The notes under the pieces are model-generated. The model saw only the letters and a list, made by a program, of their open reading frames with translations, did no database searches and was not told the DNA's origin. From Moniliella sp. 'wahieum' (lineage: Eukaryota), in NCBI GenBank assembly GCA_003971905.1, contig RSEE01000027.1:372001-436000 (forward strand): a DNA stretch of 64,000 nt, in the 5' to 3' direction. The translations under genes were made by a program, and so were the position numbers. Below are positions 48,044 to 60,103 of the stretch, piece by piece. Positions within the stretch are counted from its first letter, which is position 1, and every line of letters starts with the position of its first letter.

Positions 48044-48266
48044 CTTACTTTTGTTTGGTGGTGGTGGTGGACCAGCGACTGTCGGAACGCATACATCTCT
48101 TGCCCTGTGGGTCCCCTATGGTAGTTTGGCGGGACCCCGAGAGCAAGGGGCGCACGTGTGCGTATAGGTTTCCCGAGCAACTCCCTTTTGGTGGAGCACT
48201 GGCGGATGGGGCGAGGCAATATAGGGGGGGGACGCAAACACGTTTGTGGTGCCCAATGTGGGAGTG

Positions 48267-48390
48267 GGAGCAAGCGAGAGCAAATGAGAGCAAAAACGAG
48301 AGCAAACGAGAGCAAAAACGAGAGCAAACGAGAGCAAGCGAGAGAGATCAAGCGAGACCAAGCGAGACCAAGCGAGACCAAGCGAGAGAG
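48267..48390. repeat. Purine-rich degenerate tandem repeat (CGAGAGCAAA)n/(AGCGAGACCA)n
   Basis: Roughly 10-bp units visible directly, downstream of the tRNA. Confidence 0.85.
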
Positions 48391-49948
48391 AAGGAATATA
48401 CGAAAGAAGGGGTAGCGCTTCCGATGATTGATCGGTTGACCGTGACCGCCGTGCACACATCGTGGCCGCGGGCATATGCCGCCGTAATCGAGATCTGGGT
48501 CCACTCTGTCCAGTATCCCAGGCTAACTAAGGGTTAACGGGCCGGTTAACGTTCAACGTTTAACCCTGTTAACGTAGGGTCCCACGCATCTCCTGGCGCC
48601 ACGTATCCATGACGCGCGTACGCGTGACGGAGGATCCAGACATAGGCGTCGCTACGCCAGGCTACATCTGCTACACCTGCTACACCTAGCAGCTAGATCT
48701 GCTAGACCTCGCTCCCTCCCCGAAGGCCCTATCGACCCGCTCGATCCCATCAGCATCAAGCCTAGCGTTGCTGCCGCCTTGCGTGCCACATATAAATCAG
48801 CCAGGGCGAGCTGGGAGAGAATGGGCGCAAGAGGGCTGTGTGGGCGCCCCTCCTACGTATGCGATGCATGGAGGCACAGGGCCAGCGGGGCCAGCGGCGT
48901 GTCAAAATTCAGAAGTTTGAAATTTAAGCAGATGCACTGCTGTTCCTGGCCGAATAGTCTCGCAGCCACGCAGCCTCGGATTCAGCTCTCGCTTTCGGGA
49001 TCCACCAGCAGACAGTGTGCCCCCCTGCCCCCGCGCCGGTGCTTCGCCCTCGCGCCGACAGCCATGGGGCAGGGGGGCGCTAGGGGGCAATTGGATTGCC
49101 ACGCAGCGGCGCGAGTGCGAGCGTCCCTCAGAATGCGAATGCGAACCACTGAGCTGGCTGTCTTCCCAGGGCCTACCTACTGCGAGGCTTAGCGCTTACC
49201 AGGCGTGCCCGGTGTACCCTGGCGTGCTGATGCATGATGGGCGTGGACGAGGAGTGACTAGTGAGCGTCGCCATTGTCTGGAGAAGGGGAGGGATACAGT
49301 GGCAGTGTGAAGGCAGAGCGGGAGTGGGTGCGGGTCGGCTGGGAGCAAGGGAAGGGTGGTGGGGGTGGTGGGCGGGGGTGCTGCTGCGCTGCCGGGCGCC
49401 GCACCGACGTGGAGTGTGGTGGGGCGGCGCGGGGGGGCTGTGGGTGGGTCGCGGATGGGGTATGGGGGATGGTCAATGGTCAATATTCCAGATCGCCCGC
49501 CCGATGGCAGTGCACGCCAGTGCGCCCCTCCTGCCTGCCCGTCGCCGCGGCTGGCCAGCGCTGGCCTGCTGCCCCGTGCGTGCGGCCTGCGGGTGCTGCG
49601 GCCGGCATTTGAACGCGGATGCATACATGGATGGGATATGGGCAGCACAGCGCAGCACCACACCCGCCTGAAGCTCTGCAGCGGTGTACGTACTCAGTAG
49701 TGCCCCCGTCGAGACGGCCCAAGATCGCTCAGAGGCAGAGCACCCACCGCACCAGCCCTACGGCCCAAGGCCACGTGCATCACACTGCCCAGCCGCCGGC
49801 GCGGGCGGCGCCATATATGGCGCTGGCCCCAATACCAACTCCTGCTCGCCGCGCAGCCCCTCCCGTGGCGCCTCCCGCTCGCCCCCTCGCCGCCCCCTCA
49901 CCCGCCCCCTCGACTCTCTCGTTCGCCCGTGCTGGCCACCACGACAGG

Positions 49949-51817
49949 ATGAGCCACGCACGCTCACTCCTCCGTCGCCATCTGGCTCTCATCGCCCAGC
50001 GAGGACGAGGGCGACGCGTCAGCGACCGCACCCTCCTAACCCCTCCCCCACCCGTCCGCCGCCTCCCCCCCGCCCCTCTCTCGCGCCGGCAGCCCGCGCG
50101 CCAAGTGGTGGTAAACAGCGCTTCGACTACTTCCCTCTGCCTGCCGCGACCCGTCTCTCTCTCTCCTCCCGCCCATCCAGCGACGGGACGGAGAAAAGAC
50201 ACCCACCTCCCCTCTCATTCCCGCTCGCCCTCGTCGACCTGCCGCCGCCCCCCCCGCCCCTGCTCGCGGCGCGCAAGGTAGTCATTGTCCTCGTGCTGCG
50301 CTCGCGCCGGCTTGTTGGTCCTCGGAATCCTTTCCCAGCTCTTCCGCGCCCCGCCCTACAACCTGCTCGCGCGCAGGGTTATGCACAGCTGCTCGACGAC
50401 TTTGTCCGCACCCAGCAGCTCTCTCCCGCCCAGGGCAAGCCGTGGGCCAGTGCCGTTCTTCCCACCTCGCGCAGCTCTCTTTCCGCATGCAAGACTGGCA
50501 GGATGCCCGCTCCTGCCCTGCCTCCGCAACGCCAAGCCTGTTCCCTACCCCATCGTACGTCATCCCCCAGCCCTCCCCAACACCATGTTTAGTTCCGACC
50601 GTGTCGCTCCGCCGGCCGACGAGTTGGAAGCCTGGAAGTCGTCTTGGCGCACCTTGGATTCGACCCCACCTTCCTTACCGATGAGATGGCGGATGCATTT
50701 GTTGCCACCCACTTTGGCAGTCCCAACTCGTCTCAGACTCCGAGCGCGACAGAACATGCATGGCATGCGCTGCCCCGTGGTTGCCTCCGTGCCGATTTTC
50801 TCCGCTACATTCTCCTTCTGTCCGAGGCGGGACGTGGGCGGAATGGATGTGACCCCCCTGGCACCCATGGCCGGATGGGCCGAAACCAGATGAACGATGG
50901 ATCCCTGCTCCCGATCCTAGGTCGGGCCTCGGGCGAACTGCCTACCTCGCGGCCTCATTCCGCCCCTCTCGAGCCCATCCGGCTCGTGGTCGGACTGGAG
51001 TGTGAGCCATGGACGTACTTCTCCACAGCGCTCGGGCTGGCTCGAGTCCCTTCGCATTCTCCCCATGAACCGACACCGCGAGGTTCAATTACCAGGGGCG
51101 CTGCATGGTAGCGCGGGCCACCTGTGCTGGTGGACGTGCTGCGCAGGCTGCTCAAAGCCGACACGCTCTACTCGGCGTACACGGTACAAAACGCCCATCG
51201 CGTCTCGTACGAAGTCTCGGCCGATGCGTCTCGTCTCGCCCCGCCCACGACCCGCACCCCTGGACCGACATTGGTGCGGCGCGGCACTGGACGCCCCCCG
51301 CGCCACTCTAACCCGCCCCTGTCTGAGGGCGAGGCGGACGTGCCGTCGTGGCTGCGCTGGCGCCTGTGGCCGTGGATGTGGCCCTGGCCACGGCTCGGCT
51401 GGCATCCGCTCAGCGTGAGGAATGGACCGGACCCGCACTTTGGACCGACGGTAGTCAGTTACCTCTACGCCGTCGGAGGTGTGCGCCCACGCGACCTGTA
51501 GCGGCCTTACGCACCCCGTGCAAGTGGCCGACGTGCTCATTGCCCCCTCCTCTTGGTTCAACCCGGACGACCCCGAACGGGACCAGGCCAAAGTCATCCA
51601 CAATTTCCGTGGTTCGTGGAAACACGGTGCCGACGTGCCACCCAACCCAAACCAGATAACCAGACACTTCCCGCCCCTCCCATCCATCCGACCTTGCCGG
51701 CCTTGGGCCGGACACTCATTCCATCATGTCATGGGCCATGTCAGCGTCTTTCCCCTTCCCTTCTCACTAGCCCTTAAACCAGTTGCTACGTTTATTCATT
51801 TCCAGGACCGTTTTTAA
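49949..51817 (+). CDS. OCH1/HOC1-family alpha-1,6-mannosyltransferase (GT32)
   Basis: N-terminal TM, LRADFLRYILLL, a DXD-type (.MDV) region, RLVVGLE, VLVDVL, EWTGPALWTD, PVQVADVLIAP and AKVIHNFRGSWK. Start and stop uncertain because of indels. Confidence 0.85.
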
Positions 51818-52487
51818 CCCCCTCCCCCCGGTCTCCTCCCCCCTTTTCCCGCGGTCCGAGCTTGACCTTCGGAACCTGGGTTTGTTCCCTAGCCTCGTCA
51901 CATTCCTTGCCTTTCCTGCCACCATCATATGCCACCCCTCCTGACACTGAGATTGGGTGCATCATTTTTTGTTTCAGCCATGCCAGGGTACATTGCCATT
52001 CACCCCTCTTGCCTCTTCTCCTCCCCTGATCCCTGTCCTTGCTCTCCTGTTCCCCGACTCGTACTGGCTGCGTGCGTGGACTGTCTTCCTTCCTGATGTT
52101 TTCTCCAGGTCTGGGCCTCACAAGGGCCGTCTGTACACCGTATCTAGACAGTGGTCCGAGGTGCGCCCTGGCGTGCAGCTACGCTGGAAAGGGGGCGGCG
52201 TGTGTGCGGCTGCTCGCTGCCGAGCGGGTCGGACGCGCGCGACGCCCCATTTCACATTTCAACATTGCAACTTGGCACGCTGCAGCCCGGGCGGAACGGG
52301 CGGAATGCCCGTGGTCAACGAGCGTGGACGGCGTGGCCGAGCGTCAGCCGCCTGTGGCGGCAGAAGAAGTGGGCCGGCATCACCACCACCACCACCACCG
52401 CTGTGCCCATTTCCTAGCGCACACCGTACGTTCCACCACGGGTTTTCTCTGGCGATCTACTGACCCCGAACCGTGTGACCGCGTAGG

Positions 52488-52927
52488 ATGTCCAACGCGC
52501 CCGACCGCTTCGCCTGTTCATCCTCGGGCCCGGGGAAAAGCGGCTGGAGATCCAGAAGATGTGCGGCTGCCGAATGCCATCTCGGTGGTGCTGAACAAAG
52601 AAGACCATACGTTGGGCAATATGATCCGGTACGCGGTGATGCGCCAGCCGCACGTGCTGTTTTGTGGGTACCAAGTCCCGCACCCGCTCGAACCGCGCGT
52701 GGTGATCCGCATCCAAACCACCGGCGACGTGACGCCGGTCCAAACGCTCCAGGCCGCCTGCCAACAACTCATCTCGGCCGTCGACTCGACCCGGTCCCAG
52801 TTCCGGCAACAGGTCGTGGCCAAGTTGGGTCCCGACGCGGCCGCACCACGGACAGAACGCGGCCGCGCCCATGACTGGGTTTGCCGTCGAACAGGAATAT
52901 GGCGAAGGGGTGTTTGTGGATATCTAG
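52488..52927 (+). CDS. RPB11: RNA polymerase II subunit Rpb11
   Basis: MSNAPDRF..., LPNAISVVLNKEDHTLGNMIR and VLFCGYQVPHPLEPRVVIRIQT. Confidence 0.95.
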
Positions 52928-55353
52928 CGGCGATCCTACTGTTGTATTGTACCTGCTCTAGCAGCTCGGGCTGGAACGCGAGGGCAAGACGGGGAGGAGA
53001 CGAGCCAGGGTAAAAGGGCGGCTGATAAGGTGTACAGGTGGGAGAGGAGAGGACAGGGGAAGGGGAGAGGTGGGTGGGGGGGAAGAAACGTCAGGGCGAG
53101 CCCCAAAGTGCTCCTGAAAAGCGCTTGGTGGGCTCGCACGCGCGGGCGGGCATGGCGAGGAAGGCAGGAAGCAGCGCGTCGGCCAAACCCAAGCCCCACT
53201 CGCCATACCCATCTCATTCTCAGATCTCATCGATCATCTCTCCTTAGCTAGGCGCGTTCGGGGCAGGCGCCGTGGCATGCGAAACTTATTGTCTGCAGAC
53301 ACTAGCCTTGCTCGTTCTAGTGGCAATGCTCTGCCCCCCCACGCGGTCTCGGACCCCAGTTCACGTGCGCAACTCATGTCGGAGCGTACGGACCCTTTCT
53401 CCAACATCGTGGGGGAGGCTATAGCGGGGGGAAACGCCATAGATGGTGATCATCTCGTTGACTGGGGTTCACCAACGAACTAGTGCATTTCTTCCTCTAC
53501 TTGTCACCCGCAACGCCCACATTCAAGTAGGCATGCAAGCTGTCCCTGCGGGGTAGCTCTACCAGCCGATCCGGCCCCCCCACACCTGCGGACCATTATT
53601 GGCTTCACTGCCCAACCTAGTACGACTTCAACTATGGAAATATTTTGCGGTGCCAACACGGCTATGCTGAATATAGAGGTACTCAGGATTCGGCGGCCCA
53701 ACATATGGACCGTGTTTAGGTGTACGATGAGAGATTAGAGGGAGAGAGGGAGGCAAAAGGGAGCACCGGATGAATCATACTGATCCCTTAGCCCCGATAA
53801 TCTTGTTATGTATAGCGGCACATTGGGCCGTGGCCGAATTGATGCAGCTGTCAACCAACCGTGGCGGTGCCCACTTCACGTAGCTGGACGGAAGCAGGGT
53901 CCCATATTGGCTTGCGACGAAAACGTGATGGAGCTAGAGGCAGGGATTCGCGGCGGAATCCCATGCCGGGAAAACGTTGGCAACTTGCGCTGAATCCCCA
54001 ACGGAGTCTCAGCGCCGAGCTGTGTCCGCCCCCGGTCAGCTGCACCAGTTGGGGCAATCCAATGACGCCGCCGCAAAGCGAACATCGTTGTAGGCTGAGG
54101 CGCTGTGCCGTGTATTGCGTGGACGGATTCGCCGTGGCGGCAAATCGGATGTCGGTCGTTTTGAGGACGTGGAGATAGACGGGGTAAAGACTAGCAAGTC
54201 CTAGTTTGGTCTCACCTGGTTGTCCGTTGTAGGACATACGGTTGCTTCGGGAATGTAACTTTGCTTAGAGTTGATCGCACGGAGCATGCCGAGAGAAAAG
54301 GGGCTAGCGTAGGTACCGCCGCCATATACGCATCCTTGTTTGAGGGGGACTCCCAACACGGTCGTGATGGCAGAGAAAAGGAACTAGGACGTGGCGAGGA
54401 AAGTGTAATAGGGCAACGAGAGGAGGGAATGTGCGCTCACGCCGACATTGCTGTAGCAGGTCTCTCTTGCAACTGACCGATACGTCGTCCTAACGCATCT
54501 GACGATGGGATCAGGTTGTACTCCCACACCAAACTGGCTATGACCAAGAACTGTTGCAGTCCCCTGACAGCGTTCGCATCCGCCCCGCCACGAGCCATTG
54601 AACTTAGACCAAGCAGCAATTTCCGGTCAGTGGACGAGGGTGAGGAGCTGTGTGATGAGAAGAGGTGCGAGGCCACACTTGCAGGCGATACCGGGGGGAG
54701 GATTTGAGAAACCTCCAGCGCCTGTAGCCTCAGCTGAGCCTTGTAACGTCCAACATGGATGTGAGATGCCACTTCGCCCGACCCACAGTACGCCTTTGTA
54801 CTCATCGACTCAATCGCATGATCCGGTCTGCCCGGCCGGTTTAATGACAGTACACATCTGGGGTTGGACCATGACATGGGGCGTGAACAACCTGATTAAT
54901 GATTCAGGTCTGAGGCCAGGGCAAGCAGGCAAAGAAATCACTGGGACTAGGGTTGGCGCAATCAATTTTCTGGATGTTTGGCACGGCGCTACTGTTGCGA
55001 TCATATGGCAGGTGCTAGGGTTCTGGCTTGCGCCCTTTTTCCTGCTGGGCATGCCGCCCGGCGCAGGGAGCAGGAAGGCAGGCAGGCTTCTTGGCGGCCT
55101 CCCACCACGGTCATAAGGCCTTATCAGTGAGTATTTGTCCTTGTCGCAGGGCAAGTGCTGCTCGGCCCCGCCATCTCGTTCCCTCTGCTTGTGCCATGTT
55201 CCGGCAGCGACGGGGACAAAGGGCAAAGTGGACTGGAGATGGTCAGGCGCGGGACGGCAACTCAGTCACCAAGCTCGGGACACTCGGGGACGAAGACAAA
55301 TGGGCCCCCGCATACTAACTCTCCTCTTTTTGGTCTTGGCAGAGAACATTAGG

Positions 55354-56468
55354 ATGGCTTCGCGTGCGACTGTTAGTGTGCGCGCTGCCGATGGCAGCGC
55401 TAGTGGTGCCAGCCTCCCTCTGCCCGCTGTCCTGACGGCTCCGATCCGTTCGGACGTGGTGCAGATTACCTACACCCAGGTGGCCAAGAACAAGCGTCAG
55501 CCGTACGCTGTCTCGACCAAGGCTGGCCACCAAACCTCGGCCGATCGTGGGGTACGGCCGCGCTCTGGCCCGGATTCCCCGTGGGCGGCTCGGGCACCCA
55601 CCGTGCCGGCCAGGCTGCGTTTGGTAACATGGCCCGTGGCGGTCACATGTTTGCGCCGACCAAGGTGTGGCGTCGCTGGTGGGTCAAGACGAACCAGAAC
55701 CAAAAGCGTGTGGCGACGGCTTCGGCGCTCGCTGCCACCGCCGTTCCCTCGCTCGTTCTCGCCCGTGGCCACCGTGTTGGCAGGTGGCCGAGGTGCCCCT
55801 CGTGGTTCCCACCGAGGTCGAGTCGTACTCCAAGACCAAGGAGGCCGTCGCTCTTCTCAAGGCGCTCAATGCGTACGACGATGTGCTCAAGGTGTCCAAC
55901 TCGCGCAAGATCCGCGCGGGTCAGGGCAAGCTGCGCAACCGTCGTCACGTCCAGCGCCGCGGCCCTCTGGTTGTGTACAACGAGGACCAGGGCATCTACC
56001 GCGCTTCCGCAACCTGCCCGGTGTCGAGCTTGTGTCGGTCACCGCCTTAACCTCCTCCAGCTTGCGCGCCCGGTGGTCACCTGGGCCGCTTTGTGATCTG
56101 GACTGAGGCTGCCTTTAAGCAGCTCGACTCGATCTTTGGCACCTACGATGCTGCCTCGGCGCAGAAGAAGGGCTTGTCCTTCCCGCGCCAAGATCACCAA
56201 CACGGACGTTTCGCGTCTGCTCGCCTCGGAGGAGATCCAGGCGGTGCTACGGCCCGCTGGGCCCAAGGCGACCAAGCGGCCTTTCACCCAAAAGAAGAAC
56301 CCGCTCCGCAACAAGTTTGTCATGGACCGCCTCAACCCGTACGCCAAGGTTCAGCGCAAGATCGAGGCCGAGATTCGCGCCAAGGGCGGCCGGCACCTAC
56401 AAGCCTGCTGCCAAGCCGACCAAGTTGCCCTCAACCCCAAGTTCCTCGAGTTCCTCCACGCGCCCTAA
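55354..56468 (+). CDS. RPL4: 60S ribosomal protein L4 (uL4)
   Basis: Motifs [69 protein letters not shown] and [17 protein letters not shown]. Probable 5'UTR intron 55127-55342. Confidence 0.97.
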
Positions 56469-56988
56469 ACCACTCGATGGACCACAGGGCACGGTTCGGT
56501 TCCTCGTTGGGGCGCAACGTGGACTGGAGGTAGCACCGGTCCGGGGGGGAGGACCGATCGCGGTTTCCGTCCGAAACCCGTCGGCGTTGGGTATCACGTC
56601 TTATTTCCTTGCCCTGCACACTGTAGAGGGGAGGTACGCATCGTAGCTGTGTCCCTCCCGTTCCCTCTTGCGTCTCTCCTCTCCTTCTTATGCTTCAAAC
56701 GTCATGTTTGCTAGGGAAAAATGCATAACCTTCGTTGTGCGTCGTCCATCCTCGGTACGTTGGGTTGTCAGTGGAATAGAGCGATGTGGATGATGAGGAA
56801 GGGATGCACAACAATGGGGCAGGTCGCAACACCAATCAGTACTTCTGCTTGAGGGAGTTCCGTTTCTGAGAGTGGGATTTGACGTGTAACGGTGCCATCC
56901 TTGATGACGGCGAAGCTATCCGTCATTGACGGTCTCGTCGTGATGATGCTGGTACGGGACTGCTGAGCCCGCGTTCTATGATAACGTT

Positions 56989-57072
56989 GCCTCGCTATTT
57001 CAATCGGTAGAATTTGAGACTCTTAAAGAGAGGTTCATCTCACGGTTGTGGGTTCGAGTCCCACGTGGGGCG
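56989..57072 (+). tRNA. tRNA-Lys(CUU) with 11-nt intron (57026-57036)
   Basis: Exons identical to the copy at 47959, intron different, followed by a TTTTT terminator. Confidence 0.93.
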
Positions 57073-58091
57073 TCTTTTTGGCTGGCCAGGTAGCTTGAGG
57101 AGCGGTCCATGGGTTGTCGTTGGTGGGTTAGGTGGTTAGAGTGGCCAAGGGTAATCTGGCTGTCATGAGATAGATGGTGATGGGGTCATTAGTTGAGCAG
57201 CGGACACTAGCCAACTTGGTCAGATTTCAGATCTGAAAGCATAGGGAGGCACGTTGTGGGCCTCAAAAGTCAGCACTCACTCCGCCAAGCTCCGTGACAG
57301 GTACGGTGAAGAGTTCATTGTTCTCGCCCACTGTTGATCTGTCCATGAGCGCGTTGCGCCGACGTTGTGCCACTTGCCAAGCGTCTTTCAATGCTCGGAA
57401 CTTGGAAACCAGCGCATCACGTCGACAGCTATATAAGACGAGACGTGACGACAGGTAAGAAGGACGACTTGGGGTTGGTTGGGCCCAAGTGAGGGTGGAA
57501 GGGCATTTGTTAACTTGCCTGCGACGATGTGGTGACGGTGCAAACTTGGCAAAAGTGGGGCCAATGGGGCGGATGGTTTGAAGGTGCGTTGCGGAGAGAC
57601 AGGCGTGGCTTGCTTCTTAGCAAGCGCGGCACAAGGGGCCCCACGGGCGCTGTGCGACATGGGATGCATGATGCGTGTCGCCCGACAGCAGTGTGCCCTG
57701 CTGGCTGTCGGTGCAAAGGCCGTGCGTGCGGGGCAGGGCGGAGCGGCAGAGGCGGCAGGCGGCCGGGCGGGTGCAATGCGAGGGGGCGTGGCGCCTGCTG
57801 CATGCACCCATCGTGGCTGACACAGGCACCGGCGGCGGGTGTGTGCGCTCTGCTGCGGCGGCGGCGGCACGTGGCAGGCGGCGTCTGCAATGTTGCAATG
57901 TTGCAAGCTCCGTTCGGTGTGCCCTGCGTGTGCGCCGATGGGCAGCTGGGCGCAGCGGCAGCCTTTGCCTCAGCGCTCAGGCCACCCAGCCCATTCGCAC
58001 CCACGCTCCCACAAGTACTTAGGCTGGTGCGCTCTGGCTGTCGTCCGCCTCTTTCCCGCCCTCCCAGCCCACCCCGCCCTCTGCGCCCGCC

Positions 58092-59479
58092 ATGCCCCCG
58101 CCCTTTGACCCCACCGACGACACCCACCGCCGCTACAACCCCCTCACCGACAGCTGGGTCCTCTGCAGCCCCCACCGCACCAAGCGGCCCTGGCTCGGCG
58201 CGCAGGAGAAGCCGCCGCTGCCCAACCTGCCGAGTACGACCCCAAGTGCTATCTCTGCCCTGGCAACACCCGCGCCACCGGCCAGGTCATGCCCACCTAC
58301 ACCAGCACCACCGTACGCACCCTCCTCACCTATCTGTGTGTTCTGGCCTGCTGCTGACCGCCTGGCGCGCTGTAGTACTTTGAGAACGACTATGCCGCGC
58401 TCAAGCCCAACGAAGCTGGCCAAGCCCCCCAAGGTGTGTCTTTGTTTGGCCTGGGTCTATTGCCTTTGCTGTTCCTCCATACTTACTCTGTCCGCCCCAC
58501 CTGTCCCCAGTCCACCCGCTTTTGCGCCAGGAGACGGCTCGTGGAAAGTGCTATGTAGTGTGCTTCAACCCTGCGCACAACCTCTCCTTGCCGAGCTCAC
58601 CACTGCCCCGCACACGGCGAGAAGGACATTATGCCGATTGTGCGCACGGAAGTCGCTATTTACGTCGATTTCGGACGAGAATCCGTTTGTGCAGTACATT
58701 CAAATGTTTGAGAACAAGGGCTCGGCCATGGGTGCCTCCAACCCGCATCCGCACGGCCAAATCTGGAGCTTGGATTACATTCCTGGCGAACCCCTGACCG
58801 AGCTGCAGAACATGCGCAAGTACGCGCTGCAGAGGCCAACTACGATCAGGCCAACGCCCCGCCCCGGGACCACAAGGGCCGGCCCTCGATGCTGCTGACC
58901 TACGCGACGTACGAGCTCAGCTTGCCCGATCGGCCCCGGGTGGTGCTGCTCAACGAGCACTTTGTGACGGTAGTGCCGTTCTGGGCGCTGTGGCCATTTG
59001 AGGTGCTGATCTTGCCGTACAAGCGGCAGATCCAGAGCTTCCAGGACATGCAGGAAGAAGAAATGGTAGCCTTTGCCGACATTCTCGGACGCACGGCGTG
59101 CCGCCTCGACAATATCTTTGAAACCTCCTTCCCTTACTCGATGGGTATTCACCAACGCCCTGTGCCCGTTGGTCGTGGAACAGCGGCAACCGAGGAACTG
59201 GCCGACTTTGCCTGCTTCCACGTCCACTTTTACCCGCCACTCCTCCGCAGCGCCACGGTGCGCAAGTTCCTCGTTGGGTACGTTTTGTTGTGTTACATGA
59301 TTCCCACGCGAGTGGGGACGCGATAGAACCTTATGCTGACCCTCCCTTTTTCCTCTCTTTTCTCTCTAGCTTTGAGCTGATGGCTGAACCGCAGCGCGTG
59401 ATCTGACTGCGAGCAGGCCGCGGACCGGATCCGTGCCACCCCTGAACAACACTACAAGGTCCAAGCCTCTAAGTCCTAA
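58092..59479 (+). CDS. GAL7: Galactose-1-phosphate uridylyltransferase
   Basis: [45 protein letters not shown] (catalytic HPH), [10 protein letters not shown] and [20 protein letters not shown]. Introns 58313-58375, 58434-58510 and 59278-59369. Confidence 0.97.
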
Positions 59480-60103
59480 GGGCTTTAGGACTAGGCTAGT
59501 ATTGCTGTCGCCTATTCGTTCAATATCAATATTCAATGCCCTATGCAAGACATTTGGCTTTTAGATGGAGCGGGACGGGCACTTAGCGCGTGGCCCTCAA
59601 AGCTCAGCCCGTCGTTATTGTGCAGGCTAGTGGATCAATGAGAGGCGAACAAGTGGGTGTACGGGCTATAAACTGAGGGATGGATTTTCCTGCTTCAACC
59701 AACGTTCAACGTGGCTTCGACCAAGCCCACACTGGTACGCATGCGCTACTCTTACCCTTACCATCGGTGTCAGCACTCACAGCCTGACATGTCCCTCAAC
59801 GTTGTTTCTACTCAGTTGTATCGCCTCAGCCCGCCACTGCTATCTCCAGCAGCGCCGAGGTGCGCAGCCGCGAAGTAGAATCGGTAGTACTTGGTACGGC
59901 AGTGCGTTCGATGAGAGGGCGAGAACAGAGCGCCGGTATAGCCGTAAAGGCGCAATATGCATACTCAATGGCGATGATGGTAGTCATAAATTGGGAGCTA
60001 TAGCAGAATGGTTTTGCCTGGTGTGGACATCCAATGCTGGCTGGATCCCACGAAGGCGTAAAAGAGGGAGGGGAGGGGTAAGGCTGATGATGAAATGGAA
60101 GGC

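Noticed and set aside
56789..56870. Possible box C/D snoRNA (ATGATGA...CTGA) downstream of RPL4
   Set aside because: No terminal stem, and no rRNA-complementary guide that I can recognise. It would need snoscan or Rfam.
7302..59479. Pervasive frameshifts read as pseudogenes, programmed frameshifting or RNA editing
   Set aside because: They hit essential genes indiscriminately and many sit in homopolymers or short repeats (e.g. GATTGCAC for GATTTGCAC in IleRS, an extra G in eIF6). This is typical of unpolished long reads.
59470..59490. Cryptic PTS1 by stop-codon readthrough, as known in smut fungi
   Set aside because: The gene ends inspected (GAL7, OM14-like, ATO, SPOUT) lack the TGA-CTA context or an SKL-like extension.
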